Shown here: in pieces, positions 21,006 through 31,156 of the stretch
Position numbering within the stretch: the stretch's first letter is position 1
How the letters are laid out: every line of letters starts with the position of its first letter
From: a virus
IMG/VR virus record: IMGVR_UViG_3300021425_003021
Location: 32,001 to 96,000 of that record
DNA length: 64,000 bases
Direction: 5' to 3' (one strand)
Position numbers and translations under genes: made by a program
The notes under the pieces: generated by a model
Told to the model about the DNA's origin: nothing
Databases searched by the model: none
What the model saw: the letters and a program-made list of their open reading frames with translations, nothing else

Positions 21006-21912
21006 TACATTCCGTGTTATTGACTATGATATTGTATATCTTAGTTATGACGAACCAAACGCAGAAAAAAATTACGCAGATCTGTGTAAAAAAGTTCCTT
21101 GGGCAAAGCGTGTACACGGTGTAGAAGGTAGTGACAGCGCACATAAAGCCTGTGCTGAACTGAGCGAAACTGACAGATTTATCACAGTTGATGGCGATAA
21201 TTGCATACGTGATGACTTTTTATCACAGTCGATAAATTTTGAGGAAAATTTAGATTTAACAGATAAAGTGATTAGTTGGACTGCAATGAATCAAATTAAT
21301 GGCCTAACATACGGAAACGGTGGCATTAAATGCTGGCCTAAAGAATACGTGTTGAATATGCGTACACACGAAAATGCTCCAGTAGACAATCCACACGCAC
21401 AAGTAGACTTTTGTTGGAACACCGAATACGTACAAATGGAAGGTACTTTTAGTGATATTTATAACAATGCTACTCCGCATCAAGCGTGGCGTGCTGGTTT
21501 CCGCGAAGGTGTTAAAATGGCACTAGACAGAGGCGAGCGTGTAAGCATCGAAGACTTTAATAAAAATCATTGGAAGAACCTGCATCGTTTGTATATCTGG
21601 TTAATGGTAGGTGCTGATGTAGAAAACGGACGCTGGGCAATACACGGTGCAAGAGAAGGTTTATACAAAACAATGTGTACAGACTGGGACTTTGTTAACG
21701 TAAGAGATTTTGAATGGTTAAACAATTATTGGGATAATAAAGATATTGCTGATATTGACGAACAAACAGAAGATCTAGGAGATAAGTTAATAAATGAATT
21801 AAATCTGCCAATAGCAGTCGAATGTTTAAATGCTGATCAAAGTGCATTTTTTAAAAGTGTATATAGAAATCCAGTAAGAGATAACAGTAAACAATTTTTA
21901 GCTAGAGAGTAA
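20998..21912 (+). CDS. GT-A-like glycosyltransferase candidate
   Basis: YDIVYLSYDE...RVHGVEG...AH...VDGDN (DxD)...NGLTYGNGGIK...AWRAGFRE; homologous to the C-terminal domain of 25378..27321. Confidence 0.6.
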   Translation: MANTFRVIDYDIVYLSYDEPNAEKNYADLCKKVPWAKRVHGVEGSDSAHKACAELSETDRFITVDGDNCIRDDFLSQSINFEENLDLTDKVISWTAMNQINGLTYGNGGIKCWPKEYVLNMRTHENAPVDNPHAQVDFCWNTEYVQMEGTFSDIYNNATPHQAWRAGFREGVKMALDRGERVSIEDFNKNHWKNLHRLYIWLMVGADVENGRWAIHGAREGLYKTMCTDWDFVNVRDFEWLNNYWDNKDIADIDEQTEDLGDKLINELNLPIAVECLNADQSAFFKSVYRNPVRDNSKQFLARE

Positions 21913-21913
21913 A

Positions 21914-23287
21914 ATGGAACGTAGCGAAAGCGAAGAAATTAAACGTATTGATACTATTACACAGGAAATATCTCCTACGTTTTGTTTTGCAAAGTGGTAT
22001 CACGCAAATATATATTTTCAAACAGGCGAAACACATAGTTGTTATCATCCTGCACCGCACAAGATTGATACAGCACCCTTGTTAGAAAACCCAAGTGCTA
22101 TACATAATACAGCACAAAAGAAACAAGAACGTGCTGCTATGATGCGTGGTGAACAACCTGCTGGTTGCAACTACTGCTGGAAAATTGAAGCAATGGGCAA
22201 AGATTATGTTAGTGATCGCAAACAACGTAATCAAACTATTTTCTTTAAACACAGATTGGCAGCAGTAAAAGAAGGCGGTGCAGAGTTTGACGTAAATCCA
22301 GAATACTTGGAAGTATCATTTGGCAACGAATGTAACTTTAGATGCGGATATTGTCATCCAAAAGCCAGTAGTAGATATTATCAAGAAATTAAACAGCATG
22401 GTCCGTACACAAACGTAAAAAATCATAGATGCGATATTGACTGGTTTCAAATATTTGAAGAAGAAAACAATCCTTATTTAGATGCATTTTGGCGTTGGTG
22501 GCCTGAGCTTAGTAAAGAGCTACACATACTGCGTATTACAGGCGGTGAGCCTACAATACAAAAAAGTACATACAAACTGTTTGATATGTTGGACGCAGAT
22601 CCAAAGCCAGAACTAGAATTAAACTGTAATAGTAACTTAGGTGGCAAACCAAAGCAGTTGGAAAAGTTTACTAATCGTGTAAATGACTTGTTAACAAACA
22701 ATAAGATTAGACGCTTTAAAATGTTTACAAGTATTGATACTTGGGGTAAACGTGCAGAATATATCCGTGATGGATTAGACATTGAAACTTTTGAACGCAA
22801 TTTGGATTACTTTATGCGTAATTGCGAAGCACCTATGGTGTTGATGATTACATTTAATATTTTTAGTGTTACAACATTCCGTACATTGTTAGAAAAAATC
22901 TTAGAATGGCGTGCCAAGTACAATGATGTAGAAACACATAGATGGCAGCGTTTGGGTTTTGATACACCACACCTTAAAGAGCCGCTACAATACGATATGA
23001 ATATTCTTCCAAAAGAATATATGAGTTATATGCACGATCACTTACAGTTTATAAAAGAAAACGTAGATGATAATCGCAAAGATGCATTCAGCACTATTGA
23101 GTATGAAAAGTTTAGACGTGTTGTTGATTATATGGAAACTACAGAATATCCATTAGAAAAAGTAATCCAAGGTAGGCAAGATTTTCACAACTTTTTTGCA
23201 GAACAAGGCCGCCGTCGTGGAGTTAATCACGAAGAAGTTTTTCCTGAAATGACAGATTTTTTTGATTTATGTAAAAAATATGTTTGA
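21914..23287 (+). CDS. Radical SAM protein with N-terminal twitch-like Fe-S domain
   Basis: CNFRCGYC, TGGEP; N-terminal FCFAKW...SCYH...GCNYC. Confidence 0.9.
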   Translation: MERSESEEIKRIDTITQEISPTFCFAKWYHANIYFQTGETHSCYHPAPHKIDTAPLLENPSAIHNTAQKKQERAAMMRGEQPAGCNYCWKIEAMGKDYVSDRKQRNQTIFFKHRLAAVKEGGAEFDVNPEYLEVSFGNECNFRCGYCHPKASSRYYQEIKQHGPYTNVKNHRCDIDWFQIFEEENNPYLDAFWRWWPELSKELHILRITGGEPTIQKSTYKLFDMLDADPKPELELNCNSNLGGKPKQLEKFTNRVNDLLTNNKIRRFKMFTSIDTWGKRAEYIRDGLDIETFERNLDYFMRNCEAPMVLMITFNIFSVTTFRTLLEKILEWRAKYNDVETHRWQRLGFDTPHLKEPLQYDMNILPKEYMSYMHDHLQFIKENVDDNRKDAFSTIEYEKFRRVVDYMETTEYPLEKVIQGRQDFHNFFAEQGRRRGVNHEEVFPEMTDFFDLCKKYV

Positions 23288-23873
23288 ATTAAAATTATAC
23301 AATAACGATATAGATTTATCTGATTTTTACAAAGAAGCAGAAAAGAAAAAATTTTACAATAATAGTAGTCAAGAAATGCTTATCGATTACATCAGTAAAT
23401 ATGAAGATGCTAAACTATGGTTATTATTATATGATAAAAAGGTAGTAGGCACTGTTGTTGCACACAGGTTGCGTGAATTAGGAATACTAGGAAAAGATGC
23501 ATATAGAATAGGTGCTAGGACCTGTGTCCTCACTCATTTAATCGGCAAACAAAGAGTAAAGAGTTTAAAAGGAAAAACTGATATTCATTATTCTCACGCA
23601 TCTCAATTTTTATTACCTGCTTGTATTGAAGGCGTTGGCAAAGACAAACCTTTATATCTTAGTACACATACAGGAAATATAGGTAGCCAAAATAAAGTGC
23701 ATAATTTTTGGGCAAAACATTTTCATATTGCAGGAGTGCTCGAAAATCCTATAGAACTCGAATACAGGGGCAGTTTTCAAACATTTTGGAAAGTTAATGT
23801 TGACAAATTTTATGAGACATTAAGACTATCTAGATGGTCTGAAGCAGAAGATGTTATACCAATTTTAGTTTAA
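23280..23873 (+). CDS. GNAT-like acyltransferase candidate
   Basis: LWLLLYDKKVVGTVVAH...YRIGARTCVL beta-strand pattern resembles GNAT; similar layout to 56244..56903. ATG 23280 preferred over TTG 23262. Confidence 0.4.
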   Translation: MFELKLYNNDIDLSDFYKEAEKKKFYNNSSQEMLIDYISKYEDAKLWLLLYDKKVVGTVVAHRLRELGILGKDAYRIGARTCVLTHLIGKQRVKSLKGKTDIHYSHASQFLLPACIEGVGKDKPLYLSTHTGNIGSQNKVHNFWAKHFHIAGVLENPIELEYRGSFQTFWKVNVDKFYETLRLSRWSEAEDVIPILV

Positions 23874-25310
23874 ATTTACCCAGTTACTACCGTCATAACC
23901 TTGGAATTTTCTTGTAGAAGTGTTAAAAATAATCATTCCTTCTTCGGCAGAAACGTCGGTTAAATCTGCTTCGGTATGTCCTTTTGCTTTAAATATAGGA
24001 ACAGATAATACGCCTGCACCGTTGAAATTTAAGCCTGTTGGATTATCCCAAAATGCACTAGGTAGGTTTCTGCCGTCGCTTAGAGTAATTGCAAAGTCTG
24101 TTGGATAAATTTCTAAATCTGGATCTGGTTCAATTTCTGTATTAGCATAGAATCCCATACCGCCACCAATCTTATATGCAATACCGTCATATGCGTGAGT
24201 AGTAAATACTGCCATATGATCGCCAGGATTAAGAGGTAGTTTATTTTCGTGATCGCCGTTAAATGCAAAATAATTAATCTGTCCAAGATTTGATGTGTTA
24301 ACCGGATTTGATTGTAATTTAAAACTTATGTTATCTGCATAAACTTCTAGTGTTTCGGTTGCATTGTATCCAATATTAATTTCACCAGTTGCACCACCTT
24401 CTAATCTTACCTGACCTTCGTTTACAGTCAGCACAGGTTGGTCTTCACCGGCAAACACTTCGCCTATTACGTTACCCATAAATGTTGCAAGTACACTAGG
24501 TTTGTCTGTGCCTTCCCATCTAGATAGTTCTAGTACAGGTGTGGCATCAAAATATTCAATGTTTCCTCTGAAACTTGTTTCTTGGTCATTGTTTGTAAAT
24601 TTTAGTATAGGTGCATGAGAATCTGGATGTTCTATACCTGATCTAAACACGTGATGTTCTAGTGTTTCATTCCAAGTAAGCACAGGTTCGTTATTGTCTG
24701 GTCTAACTATACTACCTTTTAAATCGCCGTGTAAAACACCGCTACTACCTTCTAAAATCATATCGCCATTTTCGGTGACAATATCTCCTGTTAAATTACC
24801 AACAACATTGCCTTGTACATTTCCTAAATGTAATCCTGTACTGTTACCAGTCAGATCTCCTGCAAAACTACCTGTGATAGTTCCTACTAAGTTTACTTCG
24901 CCGTTGTGTGTACCATACACATCACCTACAATTCGATCTACAATTAGTGTGCTTGTTCCTGCATCGTAAATTATGTCACCTACACTGTTTACAATATTGC
25001 CTTCTAAATTGCCTTTTAATAAACTACGATTTACATCTACTATTACATTGTTATTAGTGTCCTTAACATTACCTACAACATCCATATGTACTGTTCTACT
25101 ATCAGAATTGAACAAAATGTCGCCTTCGTCGTTTTCAATATTACCTATAAGTGGCCCGTATAGCTTTCCAAATGTAGTATCAACTTGAATAACACCATCT
25201 CTGTTTACAACATTTGCTTTAATTTGGCTAAGCCAACTATCTATAATAAGTGTGCTATCAGCACCAACAATATCAATGCGATACGAATCACCTGGTATAA
25301 AATCAGTCAT
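23865..25310 (-). CDS. Virion structural/fibre-like protein, inverted within the enzyme island
   Basis: Repeated G-(D/N)-(L/V)-x-G motifs; C-terminal EGMIIFNTSTRKFQGYDGSNWVNL shared with 62570..64000; has its own late box and AGGAG SD. Confidence 0.65.
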   Translation of the reverse strand: MTDFIPGDSYRIDIVGADSTLIIDSWLSQIKANVVNRDGVIQVDTTFGKLYGPLIGNIENDEGDILFNSDSRTVHMDVVGNVKDTNNNVIVDVNRSLLKGNLEGNIVNSVGDIIYDAGTSTLIVDRIVGDVYGTHNGEVNLVGTITGSFAGDLTGNSTGLHLGNVQGNVVGNLTGDIVTENGDMILEGSSGVLHGDLKGSIVRPDNNEPVLTWNETLEHHVFRSGIEHPDSHAPILKFTNNDQETSFRGNIEYFDATPVLELSRWEGTDKPSVLATFMGNVIGEVFAGEDQPVLTVNEGQVRLEGGATGEINIGYNATETLEVYADNISFKLQSNPVNTSNLGQINYFAFNGDHENKLPLNPGDHMAVFTTHAYDGIAYKIGGGMGFYANTEIEPDPDLEIYPTDFAITLSDGRNLPSAFWDNPTGLNFNGAGVLSVPIFKAKGHTEADLTDVSAEEGMIIFNTSTRKFQGYDGSNWVNLN

Positions 25311-25328
25311 ACTTTTTCTCCTACAGAG

Positions 25329-25335
25329 TATTTAT
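25329..25335 (-). promoter_or_regulatory. T4-late-like promoter ATAAATA (minus strand)
   Basis: TATTTAT on + strand, 18 nt upstream of ATG 25310, with AGGAG SD between. Confidence 0.7.
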
Positions 25336-25342
25336 TCTAATA

Positions 25343-25371
25343 TTGACATAACTGCTAGTATTTAGTATAAT
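25343..25371 (+). promoter_or_regulatory. Perfect sigma70 promoter TTGACA-17-TATAAT, leaderless
   Basis: TTGACA 25343-25348, TATAAT 25366-25371, ATG 6 nt later at 25378, no SD. Confidence 0.9.
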
Positions 25372-25377
25372 TACTGT

Positions 25378-27321
25378 ATGTATGATGTTTACTTAATTGC
25401 CAACAAAGATGTGTATTCACAAGAATACAAGGATCTTAAATCTAAAATACCGATGCTCAAGTGTGTTGATTCAATTGATCAAGCACAAAAAAGTTGTATT
25501 ACTAAATTCTTTTGGGCAGTGTATCCAGACTTAGACATTTGTGAAGATTTCAATTTTGATTATGTACCTGATGATTGGAGTCAAGATTATGTTCACGTAT
25601 TTCTAAATGATAAAGAATATGACGGTATTAGTCTTATACCAAAAAAAGCAAAAATATCTCAAAAAGAAATTGATTATAGATTTTTTGTAAATAAAAAATT
25701 TATTGAAATTGTAGCCAGTAATCCAAAACCTTATGATTATTTTGAAATAGATAACTATGAACAATACTGCGATGCATTAGAAAAAACAAAAACTCAAATG
25801 TTTTGGATGAGCAGTCCTAACATAAAAGTTAACGAAGTTGTTGATACTTTTTATATTTCTCACCACGAATCCTCTTTGAGACAACAAAATCATGCTTTCA
25901 TTCACAGGGTGGATGATGAAGATTATTATAATGGGTTGTTTTTATGCAGTAAAGATATGCCACTTACAGAAAAAGAAGTTGAACACAGATTTCCTGTTGC
26001 AAGGAAAGAATGGGATATTGTAGCAAGTGGTCCTTGTAAGTATGATATATTTGAAATTAGTACATTTGAACAATATACAAAAGCTCTTGAAAATACTAAA
26101 ACTGAAATGTTTTGGATGAGTAGTGCAAATATAGATGCAACAATACCCAATATTTACTTTACACACGATCAGAAATACAATAGACTGCGTAATCACGCAT
26201 TTATACACAGAGTAAAAGGCGAAGATCATTACAACGGCTTGTTTTTATGTAGTAAATTAAAACCGTTATCAAAAAAAGAAGTTGATTACAGACACCCTGT
26301 TGATAGAAAAGAATGGGATATTGTAGGATCTACAGAAGCTAAATATCAAATATATTTTGTAGATTCGTATCAAGCATATTTAGATGCGTATGACAGAGCT
26401 GATACAGAAATGTTTTATGTTGTTCCTGGACACGTAGATCTTTTAGATGACTTTGCATTTGACGATTATTACAATCACGAAAATGAATATGATAGAAAAA
26501 TTAATCACGTATTTTTAAATGGAGAATTCCACGATGGTGTAGTTTTGTGTAGTAAGCACAGTAAAATTAGTGCTAGAGAATGGCAGTTTATGTTTATTCA
26601 ACATAAAAAAGAACACAACAAATTAGTAAGTACTCCTAAACCGTACGATATGGTTTTCATAAGTTACGAAGAAACTAACGCTGATGAAAACTACGAACTT
26701 ATTTTACAAAGGTATCCACATTGTAAAAGAGTACACGGGGTAAAAGGAATTCATCAAGCTCATATAGAAGCTGCTAAACAATGTTCTACTCCTATGTTTT
26801 GGATTATCGATGGCGATGCACAAATCGAAGATGATTTTAATTTTGAATATCAGGTACCTGTATGGCAATGGGATCACGTACACGTTTGGCGCAGCAGAAA
26901 TCCAGTAAATGGACTTGTATATGGCTATGGTGGTGTAAAGCTATTTCCTAGAGAATTAACCATTAATATGGATACAAACAAACCAGATATGACTACAAGT
27001 ATTAGCTCTAAGTTTAGGGCAGTACAAAAAGTTAGTAATGTTACAGCCTTTAATGTTGGTGAATTTGAAACCTGGAAAAGTGCTTTTAGAGAATGTTGTA
27101 AGTTAAGCAGTAAAGTAATTGACAGACAAAAAGATGTCGAAACTGATAGAAGATTGAAAATATGGTCATCTATTGGACGTGATAAACCGTTTGGAGAGTT
27201 TGCGATCAGAGGTGCTAAAGAAGGCACTATGTACGGCACTGCTAATAAAGGAAATATCGAGGCTTTGAAAAAAATAAATGATTTTGATTGGTTAAAGGAA
27301 GTTTACAATGGAAATCTATAA
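25378..27321 (+). CDS. Multi-repeat glycosyltransferase-like protein
   Basis: Four ~100 aa degenerate repeats followed by a full domain (ISYEE, RVHGVKGIHQAH, IDGDA, NGLVYGYGGVK, WKSAFREC). Confidence 0.65.
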   Translation: MYDVYLIANKDVYSQEYKDLKSKIPMLKCVDSIDQAQKSCITKFFWAVYPDLDICEDFNFDYVPDDWSQDYVHVFLNDKEYDGISLIPKKAKISQKEIDYRFFVNKKFIEIVASNPKPYDYFEIDNYEQYCDALEKTKTQMFWMSSPNIKVNEVVDTFYISHHESSLRQQNHAFIHRVDDEDYYNGLFLCSKDMPLTEKEVEHRFPVARKEWDIVASGPCKYDIFEISTFEQYTKALENTKTEMFWMSSANIDATIPNIYFTHDQKYNRLRNHAFIHRVKGEDHYNGLFLCSKLKPLSKKEVDYRHPVDRKEWDIVGSTEAKYQIYFVDSYQAYLDAYDRADTEMFYVVPGHVDLLDDFAFDDYYNHENEYDRKINHVFLNGEFHDGVVLCSKHSKISAREWQFMFIQHKKEHNKLVSTPKPYDMVFISYEETNADENYELILQRYPHCKRVHGVKGIHQAHIEAAKQCSTPMFWIIDGDAQIEDDFNFEYQVPVWQWDHVHVWRSRNPVNGLVYGYGGVKLFPRELTINMDTNKPDMTTSISSKFRAVQKVSNVTAFNVGEFETWKSAFRECCKLSSKVIDRQKDVETDRRLKIWSSIGRDKPFGEFAIRGAKEGTMYGTANKGNIEALKKINDFDWLKEVYNGNL

Positions 27322-28354
27322 ACTGCTAGATAGGTTTGAGTTATTATATAAAAATGATGATCAATTAGCTGATTTACGCAGAGCATATATAGATCAAGAT
27401 TTGACAAGCATATTTAAATTGTCAAATAGTAGCGAAGATCTACGTAAAGCAATTATGGAAGAAAATTGGCACAGTATTTTCCGTATTATTGACAATAAAA
27501 GAATTATTGGAGAAATTGACGATTTACGAAAAGCAATACTTGAAGAAAACTTGCATAGTCTTTTTAGACTTTTACCAGGTACTGACGATTTAAGAAAAGC
27601 TGTGCTTGATAAAAACATCCACAGTATTTTTAGATTAGTTGATAACAAAGATCTCAAAGGTTTAGTTTTAAACGACAATTATTACGACTTATGGAGAATA
27701 TTAGACAAGTATACTCAAAGCCATTTTGTATATGCATTTAAAACACTGTTAGAAAACGAAATCGAATTTGACGAAGATTGTTTTAGTAGAGGGCAATTAG
27801 AAAGTAAACTTTGGTTAATAGAAGAACTTAAAAAAACAAGTATGAGTTTAGGAACAGTGTTTTTGTGTGCAGGGTGGTACGGAACACTTGCTACAATGAT
27901 GTTTGAAAACAATTTAGATGTTATTAAAATTAGAAGTTTTGATGTTGATAAAACTTGTCCAACTATTGCAGAAATATTCAATAAAAAATGGGTAGTAGAT
28001 GATTGGAAATTTAAAGCAAGTGTACAAGATATACATGATATAAATTTCAATGAAGAACACGTTTATCGTGTATATAAATCTAATGGCGAAGAAGAACTAT
28101 TATGGGATTCGCCGGACACTATTATTAATACCAGTTCGGAGCACATACATAATTTTACAGAATGGTATAATAAAATACCCGATGGTAAATTAGTTGTTAT
28201 ACAAGGCAACAATTATTTTGAAATTGAAGAACACGTAAATTGCAGTAAAGATTTAAAAGAGTTTAGCGATAAATCTCCAATGACAACAGTATTATATGAA
28301 GGCGAATTAGAATTGCCAAAGTACAAAAGGTTTATGAAAATTGGATTTAAGTAA
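27308..28354 (+). CDS. Class I SAM-dependent methyltransferase with N-terminal helical repeats
   Basis: FSRGQ.ESK.WL, LCAGWYG (motif I), SFDVD, INTSSEH; five DL(R/K)xA...HSIFR-type repeats at the N-terminus. Confidence 0.65.
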   Translation: MEIYKLLDRFELLYKNDDQLADLRRAYIDQDLTSIFKLSNSSEDLRKAIMEENWHSIFRIIDNKRIIGEIDDLRKAILEENLHSLFRLLPGTDDLRKAVLDKNIHSIFRLVDNKDLKGLVLNDNYYDLWRILDKYTQSHFVYAFKTLLENEIEFDEDCFSRGQLESKLWLIEELKKTSMSLGTVFLCAGWYGTLATMMFENNLDVIKIRSFDVDKTCPTIAEIFNKKWVVDDWKFKASVQDIHDINFNEEHVYRVYKSNGEEELLWDSPDTIINTSSEHIHNFTEWYNKIPDGKLVVIQGNNYFEIEEHVNCSKDLKEFSDKSPMTTVLYEGELELPKYKRFMKIGFK

Positions 28355-28565
28355 TTTAACTTTGAGAGAAATGCAAAAAGAAAGTGCTAGAGCGTTGAGT
28401 ACTATGCAAGCAACCAACAACAACATTTGGCAATTTAATAAAAAAGCTCATCACAATAGTCAAAAATGGTATCTTGCCGTAATCGAATGGTACATAGAAC
28501 AATATGGTGATTTACCTAGTAAAGCAGGTCCTGGCAAGGATGTTGAATTAGTTTATGATAGATAA
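28341..28565 (+). CDS. Small hypothetical protein
   Basis: 74 aa, fills the gap and overlaps both neighbours. Confidence 0.6.
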   Translation: MDLSNLTLREMQKESARALSTMQATNNNIWQFNKKAHHNSQKWYLAVIEWYIEQYGDLPSKAGPGKDVELVYDR

Positions 28566-29634
28566 AAATATAGTATTGTTGTTTGATGATGTGCAAACGA
28601 AATACGGCAAATTAAATTTTGGTAATGAACATATAGACGAGCTGTATACTCAAATTGTATACAGCAAAAGGGATGACCCGGATCCTAAAATTATTCCTAT
28701 TTTTTACACACACCGGGAAGAAGAAAAATATGTAAACGAATGGATTGCAGATGTAATAAATTTTTTTAACAGGCATAAAGATTTTATAGAGCTAACTAAC
28801 AACAAAATTGTTGTATGCGATTTGTTAGAATCTAATAGAACACTTGCAAAGTCTGTTGAAATTGTATCAAACTACGTCCAGAAAATAATTTATGTAGTAA
28901 CACCTAACTACAAAGTTATATCAACTAATAAAGTAAAATTCTTACACAATCCTACATTTTACAAATTTTTATGGCCGATAAAAAATACCCTAAAGTACAA
29001 ACCAAAAAAATTATATATAAATTTAAATAGGGCATATAGATATCATAGAGCTTTGCTCATAGATAATTTGTATGAACACAATTTATTAAAATGTGGATAT
29101 ACAACATTTGGAGATGCTTATAATGATATAAATCAATATATAGAAGAAAATCCTAATAGCAATCTTGACAAAATTAAATTTGACATCTTAGACGAACCTG
29201 ATTTAAAAAATGTAAATCCTGTTTACAAATATCCAGCCGAGTGTAAAAAAAGTTTTTTATTTCTCAACACAGAAACGTGGGTTGATAATGACAGATTATT
29301 TTTAACTGAAAAATCTTTTAAGCCGGCAGGGATAGGTATGCCTTTTATAAATTTAGGAAACCCTGGTACATTAGCAAAAATGCGAGAGCTAGGTTTCTAC
29401 ACATTTAGCCCTTGGATAGACGAATCTTACGATTTAGATTTGCCATTACAACAAAGAATCGATATTGTAATTGAAAATTTAAAACGTCTAAGTCAACATA
29501 CTGATAAAGAATTAATAAAAATTAGAAACCAAATGAATTATAGAATACAACATAACCACAGATTATATAATATTTTTTATAACAAAAATTTTACAAACGA
29601 AAACTTTCAACTTATTGTAAATGGAGCAGTATAA
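28555..29634 (+). CDS. GT10 (fucosyltransferase)-like/GT-B candidate
   Basis: LNR...HR, ET...FLTEKSFKP, G.PG...MRELGF.TF...DESYD; TEK motif as in the GT10 C-terminal domain. Confidence 0.45.
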   Translation: MIDKNIVLLFDDVQTKYGKLNFGNEHIDELYTQIVYSKRDDPDPKIIPIFYTHREEEKYVNEWIADVINFFNRHKDFIELTNNKIVVCDLLESNRTLAKSVEIVSNYVQKIIYVVTPNYKVISTNKVKFLHNPTFYKFLWPIKNTLKYKPKKLYINLNRAYRYHRALLIDNLYEHNLLKCGYTTFGDAYNDINQYIEENPNSNLDKIKFDILDEPDLKNVNPVYKYPAECKKSFLFLNTETWVDNDRLFLTEKSFKPAGIGMPFINLGNPGTLAKMRELGFYTFSPWIDESYDLDLPLQQRIDIVIENLKRLSQHTDKELIKIRNQMNYRIQHNHRLYNIFYNKNFTNENFQLIVNGAV

Positions 29635-30725
29635 TGTCTATCGCCTGGATCGGATTAGGAAAACTTGGATTGCCTTGTGCTGAAATTATTGCAAGCAAAG
29701 GAATCGATGTTAATGGATATGATATCAAAAAAAGTAAAACCGAGCGTGTTTTAGGATTTCCTAATCTAGCCGGTGCAGTTTCAACTGCAAGTATGGTCTT
29801 TGTAGCAGTACCTACACCGCATCACTCTGATTATGACGGAAGTATGCCTATCAGTCATTTGCCTCCTAAAGACTTTGATTATGACATATTGTACGATGTT
29901 GTTTTACAATGCGATAGAAATATGACAAAAGGAAAAATACTTGTAATTATTTCTACTGTGTTACCTGGAACTATTAGAAAGCTTAAACAAAAAGTAAAAA
30001 ATGCAATTATTGTTTACAATCCTTATCTTATAGCCATGGGTACAGTTGCGCACGATATGGTAAATCCAGAAATGGTTATGATTGGAACAGAAAATGGAAA
30101 AACAACGGCTGAAGCACAAGCGTTGATTGATTTTTATAAAAAAATAATGGAAAACAATCCACGTTACATAGTAGGAACTTGGGAAGAGTGTGAATGCATT
30201 AAAGTTTTTTATAATACATTTATAAGCACAAAACTTGCACTTGTAAATATGATACAAGATGTTGCTGTTAAAAATGGTAATGTAAATGTTGATGTAGTTA
30301 CAAAGGCTTTAGCAGATTCTACTCAAAGAATAACAGGTAGTGCCTATATGAAGGCAGGAATGGGCGACGGCGGTCCTTGTCATCCAAGAGACAACATTGC
30401 TTTGCGTAAGTTATCTCAAGACCTGAATTTAGGGTATGATATATTTGGATGCATTGTTGAAGCTAGAGAAAAACAAGCTGAAAACATGGCCATAGAAATT
30501 TTAAAATATGGAAACAAAGTAAAATTTAGCAGTAACAGCTACAAACCTGATACAGATTTAATCGACGGAAGTTATAGTTTATTAGTGCAATATTATGTTA
30601 AAAAGCACGGTGGTTGGTTAGTTGATGAAAAACCAACAGTTTATGTTTTAGTGCATCCAGAAGACAAACCAATGGAAAATGTTTACAATTTTGATCCTTG
30701 GCATAATTATGGAAACAACAAATGA
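29634..30725 (+). CDS. ugd: UDP-glucose/GDP-mannose 6-dehydrogenase family
   Basis: GLGKLG Rossmann motif, VAVPTP, STVLPG, K..YN, catalytic GGPCHPRD; shortened C-terminal domain. Confidence 0.9.
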   Translation: MSIAWIGLGKLGLPCAEIIASKGIDVNGYDIKKSKTERVLGFPNLAGAVSTASMVFVAVPTPHHSDYDGSMPISHLPPKDFDYDILYDVVLQCDRNMTKGKILVIISTVLPGTIRKLKQKVKNAIIVYNPYLIAMGTVAHDMVNPEMVMIGTENGKTTAEAQALIDFYKKIMENNPRYIVGTWEECECIKVFYNTFISTKLALVNMIQDVAVKNGNVNVDVVTKALADSTQRITGSAYMKAGMGDGGPCHPRDNIALRKLSQDLNLGYDIFGCIVEAREKQAENMAIEILKYGNKVKFSSNSYKPDTDLIDGSYSLLVQYYVKKHGGWLVDEKPTVYVLVHPEDKPMENVYNFDPWHNYGNNK

Positions 30726-31156
30726 AAAGTGCATTTATTATTATAGATCCTTGGTTATATTGCGAAAACGAGGATATAAAACATTTTCCTCAAATACAAA
30801 ATCAGTGTAATACGTTTGGTCATTACTTGCATTCTATGTTATCCGATATTGAAAAATATGCAGATATTTTTGTAGATGCATCTGATAGAAAAGTAATGAA
30901 TTGGTTTAGTCGTTATCCGACCTGTTGTGTTACAGAATTAAATTACAAAAATATATATATTGGTGGATTTCATTTTGGTAGATGTATACACAACAAAGCA
31001 AAAAAAGTTCTTGACAAAAACGTAGGAATAGTTAATAATTTAAGTATAGTATTTCCTGCAGATAAATTTACCGGTTTTACAAATGAACTTGCATTGTTCA
31101 AAAACTATTATTTTACTCCAGCAGGCGGTTTTGAGAAAATAAAAATTGGGTGTTGA
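30722..31156 (+). CDS. Isochorismatase/cysteine hydrolase-like small protein
   Basis: AFIIIDPW N-terminal Asp strand and YIGGFHFGRCI nucleophile-like motif. Confidence 0.5.
   Translation: MKSAFIIIDPWLYCENEDIKHFPQIQNQCNTFGHYLHSMLSDIEKYADIFVDASDRKVMNWFSRYPTCCVTELNYKNIYIGGFHFGRCIHNKAKKVLDKNVGIVNNLSIVFPADKFTGFTNELALFKNYYFTPAGGFEKIKIGC

Noticed and set aside
31011-31039. TTGACA-17-AATAAT inside a CDS
   Set aside because: Imperfect -10 in AT-rich coding DNA, about 100 nt from the next start; could be chance
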